From assembly GCA_020697635.1 (NCBI GenBank), contig JAEHCT010000001.1, forward strand, positions 1 to 38,144: a stretch of DNA of 38,144 nucleotides, written 5' to 3'. The notes below the pieces were generated by a model. That model was not told the origin of the DNA. It saw only the letters and a list, made by a program, of their open reading frames with translations, and did not search any database. A program made the position numbers and the translations under genes. Source of the DNA: Candidatus Bathyarchaeota archaeon. Its GTDB lineage: Archaea; Thermoproteota; Bathyarchaeia; TCS64. Shown in pieces: positions 1 to 9,249 of this stretch (the first letter of the stretch is position 1; the number at the start of each line of letters is the position of its first letter).

Positions 1-1040
1 CCCGCCCACATGTTCACGGGCCTGACGTCCTTGAAGCAGGGGAAGTACTCCACGAGCACATGGTAGATGCCCTCCGTGTAGTAGCCCTCCTCCGGCTGGG
101 GGTCGTCCTCGAGACCGAAACGCCTGCCCAGATTGTCGGCGCAACCCACCCATATGCTCCCCTCCGACACCTCGGCCTTCAGGTATACCCCCGACTTGGG
201 GAGCACCGTGAGGGGGAGGGCGCCGTACTCGTTCAACCCCTTCACCTCGAAGAGGCCCCGCAACCTCGGGTCCTTGAAGACGAAGATGTGCCTCTTCTTC
301 GGCCGCATCATGGCGTCGATACCCACAGGGTCTAGGAGCCTCTCGGACCAGACGCCGGTGGCCACCACCGTGGTGCCGGCCCTGATCTCTCCCATGCTCG
401 TCTCGGCGCCCTTCACCTCGGCGTCCTGCCAGACGAAAGGCTCACCCGGTATGCCCAGCTCCTCCTCCGGCTCCAAGAGCAGCCTCTTCGCCTCCGCCCC
501 ATAGACCACCTCGCCCCCGGCCTTGAGGAACATCCGCTCGTAGCATCGGACCAGGGAGTCCGCGTCAATGCTGCCGCACTTCACGCCCTGCATGGCCACG
601 TCGACGGGTTCGAGGCCCAGTATCTCAGCCTCCTCGCCCGTGAACTCGGTGACGAGACCCGGGATCATACTGCTTAGCTCCTCGTCGAAGAACCTCAGCT
701 CCACCCCCAGCCGAGCCATGGAGTCGAGGACGGGCATTAAGCGGCGGTGCTGCTCCTCGCTGAAGAGCCAGAGGTAGCCGACATGGTCCAGCTTAAGGTC
801 ATAGCCCAGATCGTGTTGGAAGTGGGTGAAAGCGTCGATGGTCGAGTCGGCTAGAAGGAAGTTAGTCTTGGAGGTGAAGACGTTCCTGAAGGCGCCTTCG
901 CTCTTGGCGCTGTTCCCCTGCCCGGGGCCGCCGAGCCTGTCTATGAGGACGATCTTGTCGTCGGGTTTCCTTCGTTTCATGTGGTACGCCGAGCTGAAGC
1001 CGAGGACGCCTCCGCCTATGACGAGAACATCACACTCCAT
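1..1040 (-). CDS. FAD-dependent oxidoreductase, DAO/sarcosine oxidase beta-like; 3' end runs off window
   Basis: Not in ORF track. Manual translation from ATG at 1040 gives MECDVLVIGGGVLGFSSAYHMKRRKPDDKIVLIDRLGGPGQGNSAKSEGAFRNVF, with a Rossmann GxGxxG motif and a DAO-type GxS motif. Confidence 0.85.
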   Translation of the reverse strand, partial: MECDVLVIGGGVLGFSSAYHMKRRKPDDKIVLIDRLGGPGQGNSAKSEGAFRNVFTSKTNFLLADSTIDAFTHFQHDLGYDLKLDHVGYLWLFSEEQHRRLMPVLDSMARLGVELRFFDEELSSMIPGLVTEFTGEEAEILGLEPVDVAMQGVKCGSIDADSLVRCYERMFLKAGGEVVYGAEAKRLLLEPEEELGIPGEPFVWQDAEVKGAETSMGEIRAGTTVVATGVWSERLLDPVGIDAMMRPKKRHIFVFKDPRLRGLFEVKGLNEYGALPLTVLPKSGVYLKAEVSEGSIWVGCADNLGRRFGLEDDPQPEEGYYTEGIYHVLVEYFPCFKDVRPVNMWA

Positions 1041-1055
1041 ACATTAGACCCCAAA

Positions 1056-1074
1056 TTAAGCGTAATTTGCTTAA
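1056..1074. promoter_or_regulatory. Putative operator TTAAGC-N7-GCTTAA
   Basis: Inverted repeat between a minus-strand TATA-like TTAAATA (1091-1097) and the oxidoreductase start. Confidence 0.35.
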
Positions 1075-1156
1075 CGAGATATTGCTATGATATTTAACGT
1101 TTTAGAGCCACCGAGGCACCCACGACGGCCGGCTCCTCACGAGGGGGCCGCATCTC

Positions 1157-2740
1157 TCAACGAGCTCCCCTAAACTTCGTCACAAGGAACCCTAAGGAGA
1201 TACCCAGCCACCCGAAAACGAACCCGATCTGAGTCCCGCCACTCACGCTGGTTATGACCAGAAACACAACGTTACTCTCGACCCCGCTGAACCAGACGAA
1301 CAGGCCGTGCAGGATGGACGCAACCAAGGAGCCCGCCACCGATATGAAGAGCCCAACCACGAAGCCGCCTGACTCCTTGCGGAAGCCGAAGTAGCACCCC
1401 ACCGCGCAGCTCACCGCGGCGGTGAAGACCTCCAGGGTCCCACCATACGTGATGAACCCCAAGGTGCCTCCGATCACCAAGCCGGACACCAGTATGGGGT
1501 AACTCGCCTTGACGGGCTTCAGCCACCTTGGCTCAGCACCCGCCACGCGGTAGACTACGGCCAACCCGGCGAGCCCAGTCAGGAACCAGGCCCCCCACAG
1601 GGTCCGTGATCCCGGGATTATCCCCGTCTCGGCGGTGTTGGTGATCACCGCCACGCTTCCCCTGTCCGCTATGAAGACCTTGTCCCCGATGGACGTCACG
1701 GCGATTCCCACAACGTCTGCCCCGGCGTCATACACCCATAGGGGGGTCGAGCGGCTGGTGTAGAGGAAGTATACGCGCCCCTCGGAGCCGAGGGCGACGG
1801 CGTAAGAGCCGAAGGGAGGGGACCAGACCGACTCGACGCGCCCAGCGGCACTGAGCTCCCTCACAGCCACCTCTCCCACGGACTCCGTGAGAACCGAAGC
1901 CCTGCCTTCACTTTCGTACACGACCACCTTTGAGCCGTCGCTCGACATCGAGACTGAGGCGACCTGAGATGCCGTCCCCCATTCCCAGAGCTTCTCGCCG
2001 TCCTCCAGGGACAGAGAGAGGACTCGCCCTCCCCCGGAGGGATCGCCTCCGCCCACTGCCACCCGGGAGGACTGGGACAGGGAGATAACTCCGTCCGTCA
2101 CCCCCGTGGAGGACGCCCAGACCGGGCTGGGCTCGCCGACGTCGAAGAGGTAGACCCTTCCCTCCGCGTCCACGGCGGCCATATATTTGCCATCGTAGGA
2201 TATCTCCGCCGCGACGCCGCTTGTCCCCGTCGAGTACTCCCAGAGCAGGCCCTCCCTGTCGGAGAACAGGAGGATACATCCGTCGACCGAGGCCAGCATG
2301 TAGACTATGGGCGGTATCCCGCCCGAGGAGTGAACCGCCAGTACGCGGCCGCCCTGCAGTCTTTGGCTCCATCTGGGAGTGTTCACGCCGACGCCGAGGG
2401 AGCGAAACAAGGAGACGGTATGGTTCAAGTCCATGGCGAGGACGTAGTCCCCCTCGTCGGACACAAGGACGGAATGGACCTCCGAGCCTCCCTTGTACAC
2501 CCACTGAGACACGGCCTTGCCCTTCTTGTAGTAGGAGACCGTCCCGTCAGTCGTTCCCACGGCCAGGGCGTCCCCCCAGTTCGAGATGTCGAAGCAGGTC
2601 ACGGTCTCCTCGCTCAGATAGGTGGTGGTCGGCGTCCTATCCCGGGCGGTGTGGTTGAAGACGATGTACGCTAGACCTGACTCCAACAGCAGCAACAGGA
2701 GGACGGCCGAGGTTGTGCGTCGGTTCATGTGCTGGCTCAT
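1157..2740 (-). CDS. WD40/PQQ-like beta-propeller membrane protein
   Basis: N-terminal hydrophobic segment, recurring Trp-containing blades (SQWVY, PRWSQ, LLWEY, PVWAS, KLWEW, PLWVY) and about 5 C-terminal hydrophobic helices. Confidence 0.75.
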   Translation of the reverse strand: MSQHMNRRTTSAVLLLLLLESGLAYIVFNHTARDRTPTTTYLSEETVTCFDISNWGDALAVGTTDGTVSYYKKGKAVSQWVYKGGSEVHSVLVSDEGDYVLAMDLNHTVSLFRSLGVGVNTPRWSQRLQGGRVLAVHSSGGIPPIVYMLASVDGCILLFSDREGLLWEYSTGTSGVAAEISYDGKYMAAVDAEGRVYLFDVGEPSPVWASSTGVTDGVISLSQSSRVAVGGGDPSGGGRVLSLSLEDGEKLWEWGTASQVASVSMSSDGSKVVVYESEGRASVLTESVGEVAVRELSAAGRVESVWSPPFGSYAVALGSEGRVYFLYTSRSTPLWVYDAGADVVGIAVTSIGDKVFIADRGSVAVITNTAETGIIPGSRTLWGAWFLTGLAGLAVVYRVAGAEPRWLKPVKASYPILVSGLVIGGTLGFITYGGTLEVFTAAVSCAVGCYFGFRKESGGFVVGLFISVAGSLVASILHGLFVWFSGVESNVVFLVITSVSGGTQIGFVFGWLGISLGFLVTKFRGAR

Positions 2741-2868
2741 CTCTCAACGCGGTACAATATATTTTGATCACGCCTTTAAGCTTGATTTAGTAATTTTCAT
2801 TAAATTTCCGATAGTAACAGCTATTATCCTTCGAAGAAACATGATGTGGCAGGAGCGTTCTCTTCGAG

Positions 2869-3606
2869 TTGGAAAACAAGATCCTGTTCATAGGTTGGTT
2901 CCCCAAGTGGTCGAAGGACATCGCGGAGCCGGAGACGACGCTGGTGGGGACCGGGTTCGACTCGGGCACCAACCACCTGGAGTACGAGTTCTACGAGCAC
3001 CTCGCCATCCACAACGTCATCGAGAAGACGGTGAACGCGGAGAAGGAGGGTTTCGACGCGGTGGTGATCGGGTGTTTCTACGACCCGGGGCTCAGGGAGG
3101 CCAGGGAACTGGTAGAGATCCCCGTCGTAGGCGTATGCGAGGCCAGCCTACACGTCGCCTCCATGCTGTCCGCTGGAAAGTTCTCGGTCCTCGTCGGAAG
3201 GAGGAAGTGGATCCCCAAGATGACGGACAACGCAAGCAACTACGGATTCGAAGACCGGATCGCTTCGTGGAGGGTGCTGGACCTCACGGTCCCGGACATG
3301 CATGACATGGAGAAGACCCAGGCCGCCATCCTCAGGGAGGCCAGAGGAGCCGTGGAGGATGACATGGCCGAGTGCGTCGTCCTAGGCTGCACAGGAATGG
3401 CGGGGCAGGCGAAGAGGGCGCAGGAAGAGTACGGCGTACCCGTCCTGGACCCGGTGCTGATGGGGGTAAAGGTGGCGGAGCTCAGGGCGACCCTTTGGAA
3501 GAGGCACGGCGTCTCCCACAGCAAGATCGGGGGATACGAAGCCCCTCCGGAGGAGGAGCTTGAGCCCATCTGGCGACGAGTCTACGGAAAACAAAAGAAA
3601 AGATGA
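2869..3606 (+). CDS. Asp/Glu/hydantoin racemase family (allantoin/hydantoin racemase-like)
   Basis: Two catalytic Cys motifs, IGCFYDPGL and VLGCTGM; TTG start. Confidence 0.88.
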   Translation: MENKILFIGWFPKWSKDIAEPETTLVGTGFDSGTNHLEYEFYEHLAIHNVIEKTVNAEKEGFDAVVIGCFYDPGLREARELVEIPVVGVCEASLHVASMLSAGKFSVLVGRRKWIPKMTDNASNYGFEDRIASWRVLDLTVPDMHDMEKTQAAILREARGAVEDDMAECVVLGCTGMAGQAKRAQEEYGVPVLDPVLMGVKVAELRATLWKRHGVSHSKIGGYEAPPEEELEPIWRRVYGKQKKR

Positions 3607-3629
3607 ACGCCTACTCGGCGCCAACTACT

Positions 3630-4586
3630 TCATTCAGATAGTGTGTGGCACTTGACGAAGTGCCCGGGCTCCACCTCGACCATCGGCGGATCCTCCCTCT
3701 TGCACCTCTCGGTGCACTCGTTGCATCTCGGGTGGAAATAGCAGCCGCTGGGGACATTCACCGGGCTCGGGATCTCGCCCATCGACACCACCTTGTCGGG
3801 CTTCACCGCCTCCTCCTCTCTCGTGATGACGGGGATAGAGGACAGGAGCATCTTGGTGTAGGGGTGGAGGGGCTTGCTGAAGAACGTGCCCGTCGGCGCC
3901 ACCTCGCAGAGCTTCCCCAGGTACATTATGCCCACCCGTGTCGCCACGTTCCGCATCAGGCTCAAGTTGTGGGTGATGAACAGGTACGAGAGGTCAAGCG
4001 TCTCCTGGAACTCGATTAGCTTGTTGATGATCTTAGCCTGCATCGAAACGTCGAGGGCCGAAGTGGGCTCGTCGAGAGTCACGAAGGTCGGGTTGGTGGC
4101 GAGAGCCCTGGCTATGGCTACCATCTGTTTCTCCCCTCCGCCGATCTTGGTGGGCTGTCTGTCCAGGTAGTCCTCGGGCAGCTCAACCATCTGAAGCAGC
4201 TCGATCACCCTCTTCCTGCGCTCATCCTTCGCGATGCCGTGCACCTGCAGCGGGAGCTCTATGATCTGCTCGATGCTTCTCTTCGGGTTCAGGGATGAGC
4301 CCGGGTCCTGGAAGACCATCTGCATCTCCTTCTTGAGGCTGAGGGGCCTCTGCTTGATGCCCATGGAGATGTCCATCCCCTTGTAACTGATCTCACCGGC
4401 CGTCGGCGTGTATATGCCCATCAAGGTGTAGGCCGTGGTGCTCTTGCCTGAGCCGGACTCCCCGACGAGGCCGAAGGTCTCTCCCTCGTTTATGGTGAAG
4501 CTGATGTCGTCCACCGCCCTCACTATGCCTTCGTCGGTGTCGAACCATTTCTTGAGATCCTTCACGACCACGATTTCCTTGCTCAT
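3630..4586 (-). CDS. Oligopeptide/dipeptide ABC ATP-binding subunit (OppF/DppF-like)
   Basis: Walker A GESGSGKS, DEPTSALD, ITHNL, and a C-terminal Cys-rich GCYFHPRC...C...KCH domain. Confidence 0.92.
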   Translation of the reverse strand: MSKEIVVVKDLKKWFDTDEGIVRAVDDISFTINEGETFGLVGESGSGKSTTAYTLMGIYTPTAGEISYKGMDISMGIKQRPLSLKKEMQMVFQDPGSSLNPKRSIEQIIELPLQVHGIAKDERRKRVIELLQMVELPEDYLDRQPTKIGGGEKQMVAIARALATNPTFVTLDEPTSALDVSMQAKIINKLIEFQETLDLSYLFITHNLSLMRNVATRVGIMYLGKLCEVAPTGTFFSKPLHPYTKMLLSSIPVITREEEAVKPDKVVSMGEIPSPVNVPSGCYFHPRCNECTERCKREDPPMVEVEPGHFVKCHTLSE

Positions 4587-4587
4587 G

Positions 4588-5577
4588 TCATTGTCCTCCG
4601 TAGAGATAGCAAGCCACCTCGTGTCCGTCGCCTACCTGGTAGAATGGCGGAGCGTTTTCACGGCACTCCGGCTTCGCGTGGGAGCACCGGGGGTTGAACC
4701 TGCAGCCCGTCGGGGGGCTCAGGTAGTTAGGGATCCTTCCTGGTATCCCCATCGGTATGCCTCCTCCCGTGAGCTTAGGCACCGCTTTGAACAGGGCTTT
4801 GGTGTACGGGTGAAGGGGATCGGAGAACAGGTCCTCGGTATTGGCGGCCTCCACCATGCTCCCCGCGTACATCACGTACACCCTGTCCACGAGGCCTTTG
4901 ACCGCCCCGAGCGCGTGGCTGATCAGTATGATGGACGTGCCTCTGTCCTCGACGAGGTCCCCCAGGAGCCTCAGGACCTGGTCCTGGATGGTGACGTCGA
5001 GGTTCGTGCCGGGCTCGTCCGCGATTAGGAGGTTGGTGGCCGAGACGAGGGCCATGGCGATGGATATCCTCTGCCGCATACCGCCGCTGAGCTGGATGGG
5101 GTAGCTGTTCATCAACCTCTCGGGGTCCGGCATCTGGACCTCCTTGAGCACCTGCACCGTCTTCTCATGGATCTCCTCCTTCGAGATCTTGTTGCCGAGA
5201 GCGAGCTGGTTATACTTGATTATGTCCCCGATCTGGTCCCCCACCTTGAAGACCGGGTTGAGGGCGGCGGTGGGGTCCTGGAAAATCATGGAGACCGTCT
5301 TCCTCCGCATCATCTGGAGGTCCCTCTGACTCATCTTCAGGACGTCCAATCCCTCTAGATAGATCTCGCCTCCCATAACCTCGGCGGGTGGCATCTGCAG
5401 TATCTTCATTATCGACTTTACAGTCGTCGTCTTTCCGCACCCAGCCTCTCCTATCAGCCCCACCTTCTCGCCCTTGGCGACCCTGAAGTTCACCCCGTTT
5501 AGGACCCTAGTCACACCCTCATATATGTTGAAGTTGACGTAGAGATCCCGGATATCGACGATCATTTCACTCATCAT
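4588..5577 (-). CDS. Oligopeptide/dipeptide ABC ATP-binding subunit (OppD/DppD-like)
   Basis: GEAGCGKT, FQDP, LSGGMRQR, IADEP, GCRFNPRC; the ATG overlaps the upstream stop (TGATG). Confidence 0.92.
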   Translation of the reverse strand: MMSEMIVDIRDLYVNFNIYEGVTRVLNGVNFRVAKGEKVGLIGEAGCGKTTTVKSIMKILQMPPAEVMGGEIYLEGLDVLKMSQRDLQMMRRKTVSMIFQDPTAALNPVFKVGDQIGDIIKYNQLALGNKISKEEIHEKTVQVLKEVQMPDPERLMNSYPIQLSGGMRQRISIAMALVSATNLLIADEPGTNLDVTIQDQVLRLLGDLVEDRGTSIILISHALGAVKGLVDRVYVMYAGSMVEAANTEDLFSDPLHPYTKALFKAVPKLTGGGIPMGIPGRIPNYLSPPTGCRFNPRCSHAKPECRENAPPFYQVGDGHEVACYLYGGQ

Positions 5578-6437
5578 CAATCACCCGCAAGCATGTCTCT
5601 CACGCCGTCCCCCAGGAGGTTGAAACCGAGGATTATCACGACTATGAACAGGGCCGGGAACAGGCTGATCCACCACTGGGCCGGGATGTACTTCGAGCCG
5701 TCCGAGACCATGGTCCCCAGGTCCGGCGTCGGGGGCTGGGCCCCAAGCCCGACGAAGCTCAGCGTGGACCCGATGAGGATCACCCAGCCCACGTCGAGAG
5801 TCATCTTGGTGAATATGGTGGACAGGCAGTTGGGGAATATCTCCCCGAAGAGTATATGGAACGTGCTCGCCCCGGTGACCTCGGCTGCCTGGACGAAGTA
5901 CTCGTTCTTTATGGAAGAGGCGGCGCCGTAGACCAGCCTCGTGTACCAGGGCCACCACATCACCGTCACGGCCAGCATCGCGTTGTACAGGGTGGGCTCC
6001 AGCATGGAGCACACGGCGAGGGCCAGCACCATGGACGGCACGCTCAGGAACACGTCGGCGACCCTCATTATCGCAATGTCCACCCAGGTGTCCCTCATGT
6101 ACCCGGCGACTAGTCCCAGCAGGACGCCCGGCGGCGTCGCCACCGACAGCACCGAGACCGCCATCACCAGGCTGTATCTGAAGCCGAAGAATATCCTGCT
6201 CAATATGTCCCTGCCGGCCATGTCCGTCCCGCAGAGGTACTGCCAGCAAGGCGGCCTCTTAGCGTTCTTGAAGTCGACGAACACGAAGGCGTGCTCTGGG
6301 TACGGCGCAAAGAAGTCGGCGAATATCGCGATGAGTATGATCGCCAGGACGACCGCCAGGCCAAGGATCGAGAGAGGGTTCCTCGAGAACTTGTACCAGT
6401 TCCGCCTCCAACGCTCCTTCATGAGCTCTGTGTTCAT
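5577..6437 (-). CDS. Peptide ABC permease (OppC/DppC-like)
   Basis: GTDMAGRDILSR, EAA loop FVQAAEVTGAS, LSFVGLGAQPPTPDLG. Confidence 0.93.
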   Translation of the reverse strand: MNTELMKERWRRNWYKFSRNPLSILGLAVVLAIILIAIFADFFAPYPEHAFVFVDFKNAKRPPCWQYLCGTDMAGRDILSRIFFGFRYSLVMAVSVLSVATPPGVLLGLVAGYMRDTWVDIAIMRVADVFLSVPSMVLALAVCSMLEPTLYNAMLAVTVMWWPWYTRLVYGAASSIKNEYFVQAAEVTGASTFHILFGEIFPNCLSTIFTKMTLDVGWVILIGSTLSFVGLGAQPPTPDLGTMVSDGSKYIPAQWWISLFPALFIVVIILGFNLLGDGVRDMLAGD

Positions 6438-6438
6438 A

Positions 6439-7464
6439 TCAGCCCCCCCTCAGCTTCATCATGATCCTGGGGTCCAGGTACGCCGTGATCAGATCCACCA
6501 GGATGTTCATGAAGGCGAAGAACACGCCTATGAGCATCACCACGCCCACTATGGCGTTGATGTCGTTGCTGAGCATGGCGCTCATCCCGTACCTCCCGAG
6601 GCCAGGCCAGTTGAAGATGGTCTCGACGATGAAGGAGCCGCCCATGGAGCCGGCGATGTCCATGCCCATGATGGCCACCGTTGGGATCAGCGAGGGTTTC
6701 AGGAGATACTTCAGCGTGATCGTCCTCTCGGGTATCCCGAAAGACCTCGCCGCCATTATGTAGTCCTTGTGAAGGTTCTCCACCACACTGGCCCGTGTGA
6801 TCCTGGCCTCCTGGGCCAGCCGGCTGATTACCAGCGAGGTTCCCGGCAGTATCATGTGGTAAAACGCGTCTCTGAAGACGCCTAGCCTGCCGGCGATCAA
6901 CGAGTCCACGAGAAGCAGCCCCGTAACCTTCGTCGGCATCACCACGCCGGAACTGAGCCTCCCCAGGGTCGGGAACCACCTCAGGAGGTACCCGAAGATG
7001 AAGACAGACATGATCGCCCAGACGAAGCTGGGGATCGCGATGCCTACGTACGATGTGACGCGAACGATGTTGTCCCAGAGGCTGTTAGCGTACTTCCCTG
7101 AAGTCACGCCTAGGATGATTGCTAGACTCGTCGAAAGTATGACGGAGAAGATCACCAGCTCGAAAGTCGCGGGGAAGAACTCGAAGATGTCGTTGAACAC
7201 CCCACGCCGCGTCACCAGAGACTGACCTAGGTCGCCCCTGAAGACGTTCGTCACCCAGTAGATATACTGGATATAGACTGGCTCGTCCAGGTGAAGCTGC
7301 GCCCTCAGCTTGTCAACGGCCCACTGGGGGGCCATGGGGCCGAGGGCAAGTCTGGCAGGGTCTCCCGGCACGAGCCTCGAAAGTGAGAATATTAAAAGGG
7401 ATAATCCAAACAAAACGAAAAAAGAGGATATGAGTCTGTACGCCACGTACTTCTTGATGTTCAT
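6439..7464 (-). CDS. Peptide ABC permease (OppB/DppB-like)
   Basis: PGDPA, GDLGQS, DYIMAARSFG, VETIFNWPGLG. Confidence 0.93.
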   Translation of the reverse strand: MNIKKYVAYRLISSFFVLFGLSLLIFSLSRLVPGDPARLALGPMAPQWAVDKLRAQLHLDEPVYIQYIYWVTNVFRGDLGQSLVTRRGVFNDIFEFFPATFELVIFSVILSTSLAIILGVTSGKYANSLWDNIVRVTSYVGIAIPSFVWAIMSVFIFGYLLRWFPTLGRLSSGVVMPTKVTGLLLVDSLIAGRLGVFRDAFYHMILPGTSLVISRLAQEARITRASVVENLHKDYIMAARSFGIPERTITLKYLLKPSLIPTVAIMGMDIAGSMGGSFIVETIFNWPGLGRYGMSAMLSNDINAIVGVVMLIGVFFAFMNILVDLITAYLDPRIMMKLRGG

Positions 7465-7479
7465 CTGGTGTCCTCGGGC

Positions 7480-9171
7480 TTAGGGTTGGTTTACGCCTGT
7501 GTATAGGCCGTAGTACGTTCTAAAGCCTAACGGTACCTTGTAAACGAACCCGCTGACCTGCTCCCCGTACTCCACGTATGGATAGTCCACGTAGTCCTGG
7601 ACACAGCGCAGCGTCGTCGTCTGCAGCACATAGATAGTCGGGCACACATCGTAGATGTACTCCTGTATCTCGCCGTATTTCTCGAACCGCTCCGCCTGGT
7701 CGACCGTCCCTAGGGCGTCCTCGATCATCTGGTCGAGGGTCTCATCGAGAAGCCACTCGTTCTGCTCCCAGGTTGGGGCCGACTCGGAGTGGTATCTCAT
7801 CAGGTCGCCTCCTGCCTCGGGGAAGTGCACCGAGTTGTAGACGACGACGACGTTGGGGCTCAGTTCCGGGTCTGCCATAGTCTCTATCATGGAGAGCCAC
7901 GGCTCCTTGACGATCTTGACGCTTATCCCCAAGTCCGCCATGTTGTCCATGAACAGGAGGGATATCCTCTCCTCCGCGGGTACCTCTGCGCACCAGTGGA
8001 TCTCGATCTCGATTTCATCAAGCTGGTCGTAGTATACTGACTGCTCTAGTTCCTCCATCGCCTTATCAAGGTCTCTTCTGAATGGCTCGAGGTCTGGGGT
8101 GTAACCTGGCAACACCTCGTTGACCACACCCTTCACCAGCGTTGTGTGGGGGAAGATGTCCGTGACGACGGTCTCGTAGTCGAAGGCATAAACCATCGCT
8201 CTCCTGAAGTGTACGTCGTCGGTCGGCGCCTTATTGGTGTGCATCATCAGGTTCAGCAGAGACGTGCCGACCTCTCCGATCATCTCGACGCCCTCCGTCT
8301 GAACCATCTCCTCCAGGTTCTCTATGGGCTGCCAACTGTCGGTACGCTCCAGCTCCATTCTAGACATCATAGTCCTGACGGTGATGGGCTCAGTGGTGCC
8401 TATCATCTCCATTATGTCGGGGGCGTTCTCGACGAACTTGAAGCCCTCGACGTCGAGGGTCTCTCCCCAGTAGTCTTCGTACTTCTCCATGACGAGCTTC
8501 TCCTCCAGCAGGAACTCCTTCACCTTGTAGGGTCCGGTGCCCGCGTCGTGTGTCATCAGCCACTCCTTTCCGTAGTCGCCCAGGTCGCCGTACTCGCCTT
8601 CAGCGATGTTCTCCATCACTACATCCTTGTCAAGCACGAAGAAGTTGGGCATCACGGTCAGAATCGGCCCGAAAGACTTCAGCAGATCGAACTGCACGGT
8701 GTATGTGTCGACGGCGGTAACCTCGTCGATGTATGGGAGGAACAGGTAGGCAAGACCTTCGCCCATGCCGAGTAGCCGGTCCATGCTGAAGACGACGTCT
8801 TCTGCTGTGATCTCGTTCCCGGCGTGAGACATGACCCCCTGCCTTAGCGTGAAGGTGTAGGTCATACCTTCGTTCGAAGTCGTCCAGCTCTCAGCCAGCT
8901 CGGGGCCGACGACCCCCTCAGGGGTTATGCGGACCAGCGAGTTGTACAGGTTGGGATGAGCAGCCGTGCTCGAGCCATCGGACCCCACGGCGGGGTCGAT
9001 GCGAGTCGGCCAAGCCCACGTGCTCCTATACACTATTGGCTCTGAGGGTACGGGTGCGGGTTCAGGCTCTTGAGCCGGTTGCATTAACCAGTATCCTGCG
9101 GCGGCTATTACGATGATTGCTATTATTCCAGCGTACATCAATGTTTTATTTGATGTTGATATTTTTTTCAC
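7480..9171 (-). CDS. Peptide ABC substrate-binding protein, family 5, N-terminal membrane anchor
   Basis: N-terminal TM helix, LAESW...YTFTLRQGV, ITAEDVVFS, GTGPY; GTG start. Confidence 0.92.
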   Translation of the reverse strand: MKKISTSNKTLMYAGIIAIIVIAAAGYWLMQPAQEPEPAPVPSEPIVYRSTWAWPTRIDPAVGSDGSSTAAHPNLYNSLVRITPEGVVGPELAESWTTSNEGMTYTFTLRQGVMSHAGNEITAEDVVFSMDRLLGMGEGLAYLFLPYIDEVTAVDTYTVQFDLLKSFGPILTVMPNFFVLDKDVVMENIAEGEYGDLGDYGKEWLMTHDAGTGPYKVKEFLLEEKLVMEKYEDYWGETLDVEGFKFVENAPDIMEMIGTTEPITVRTMMSRMELERTDSWQPIENLEEMVQTEGVEMIGEVGTSLLNLMMHTNKAPTDDVHFRRAMVYAFDYETVVTDIFPHTTLVKGVVNEVLPGYTPDLEPFRRDLDKAMEELEQSVYYDQLDEIEIEIHWCAEVPAEERISLLFMDNMADLGISVKIVKEPWLSMIETMADPELSPNVVVVYNSVHFPEAGGDLMRYHSESAPTWEQNEWLLDETLDQMIEDALGTVDQAERFEKYGEIQEYIYDVCPTIYVLQTTTLRCVQDYVDYPYVEYGEQVSGFVYKVPLGFRTYYGLYTGVNQP

Positions 9172-9249
9172 CTACGCTGTAGGGAAGTACTAATTATTTA
9201 TAAGTTTCGTGAGATTTTTTGGTTAGAAAATAATAAAATAAACGGAGAA

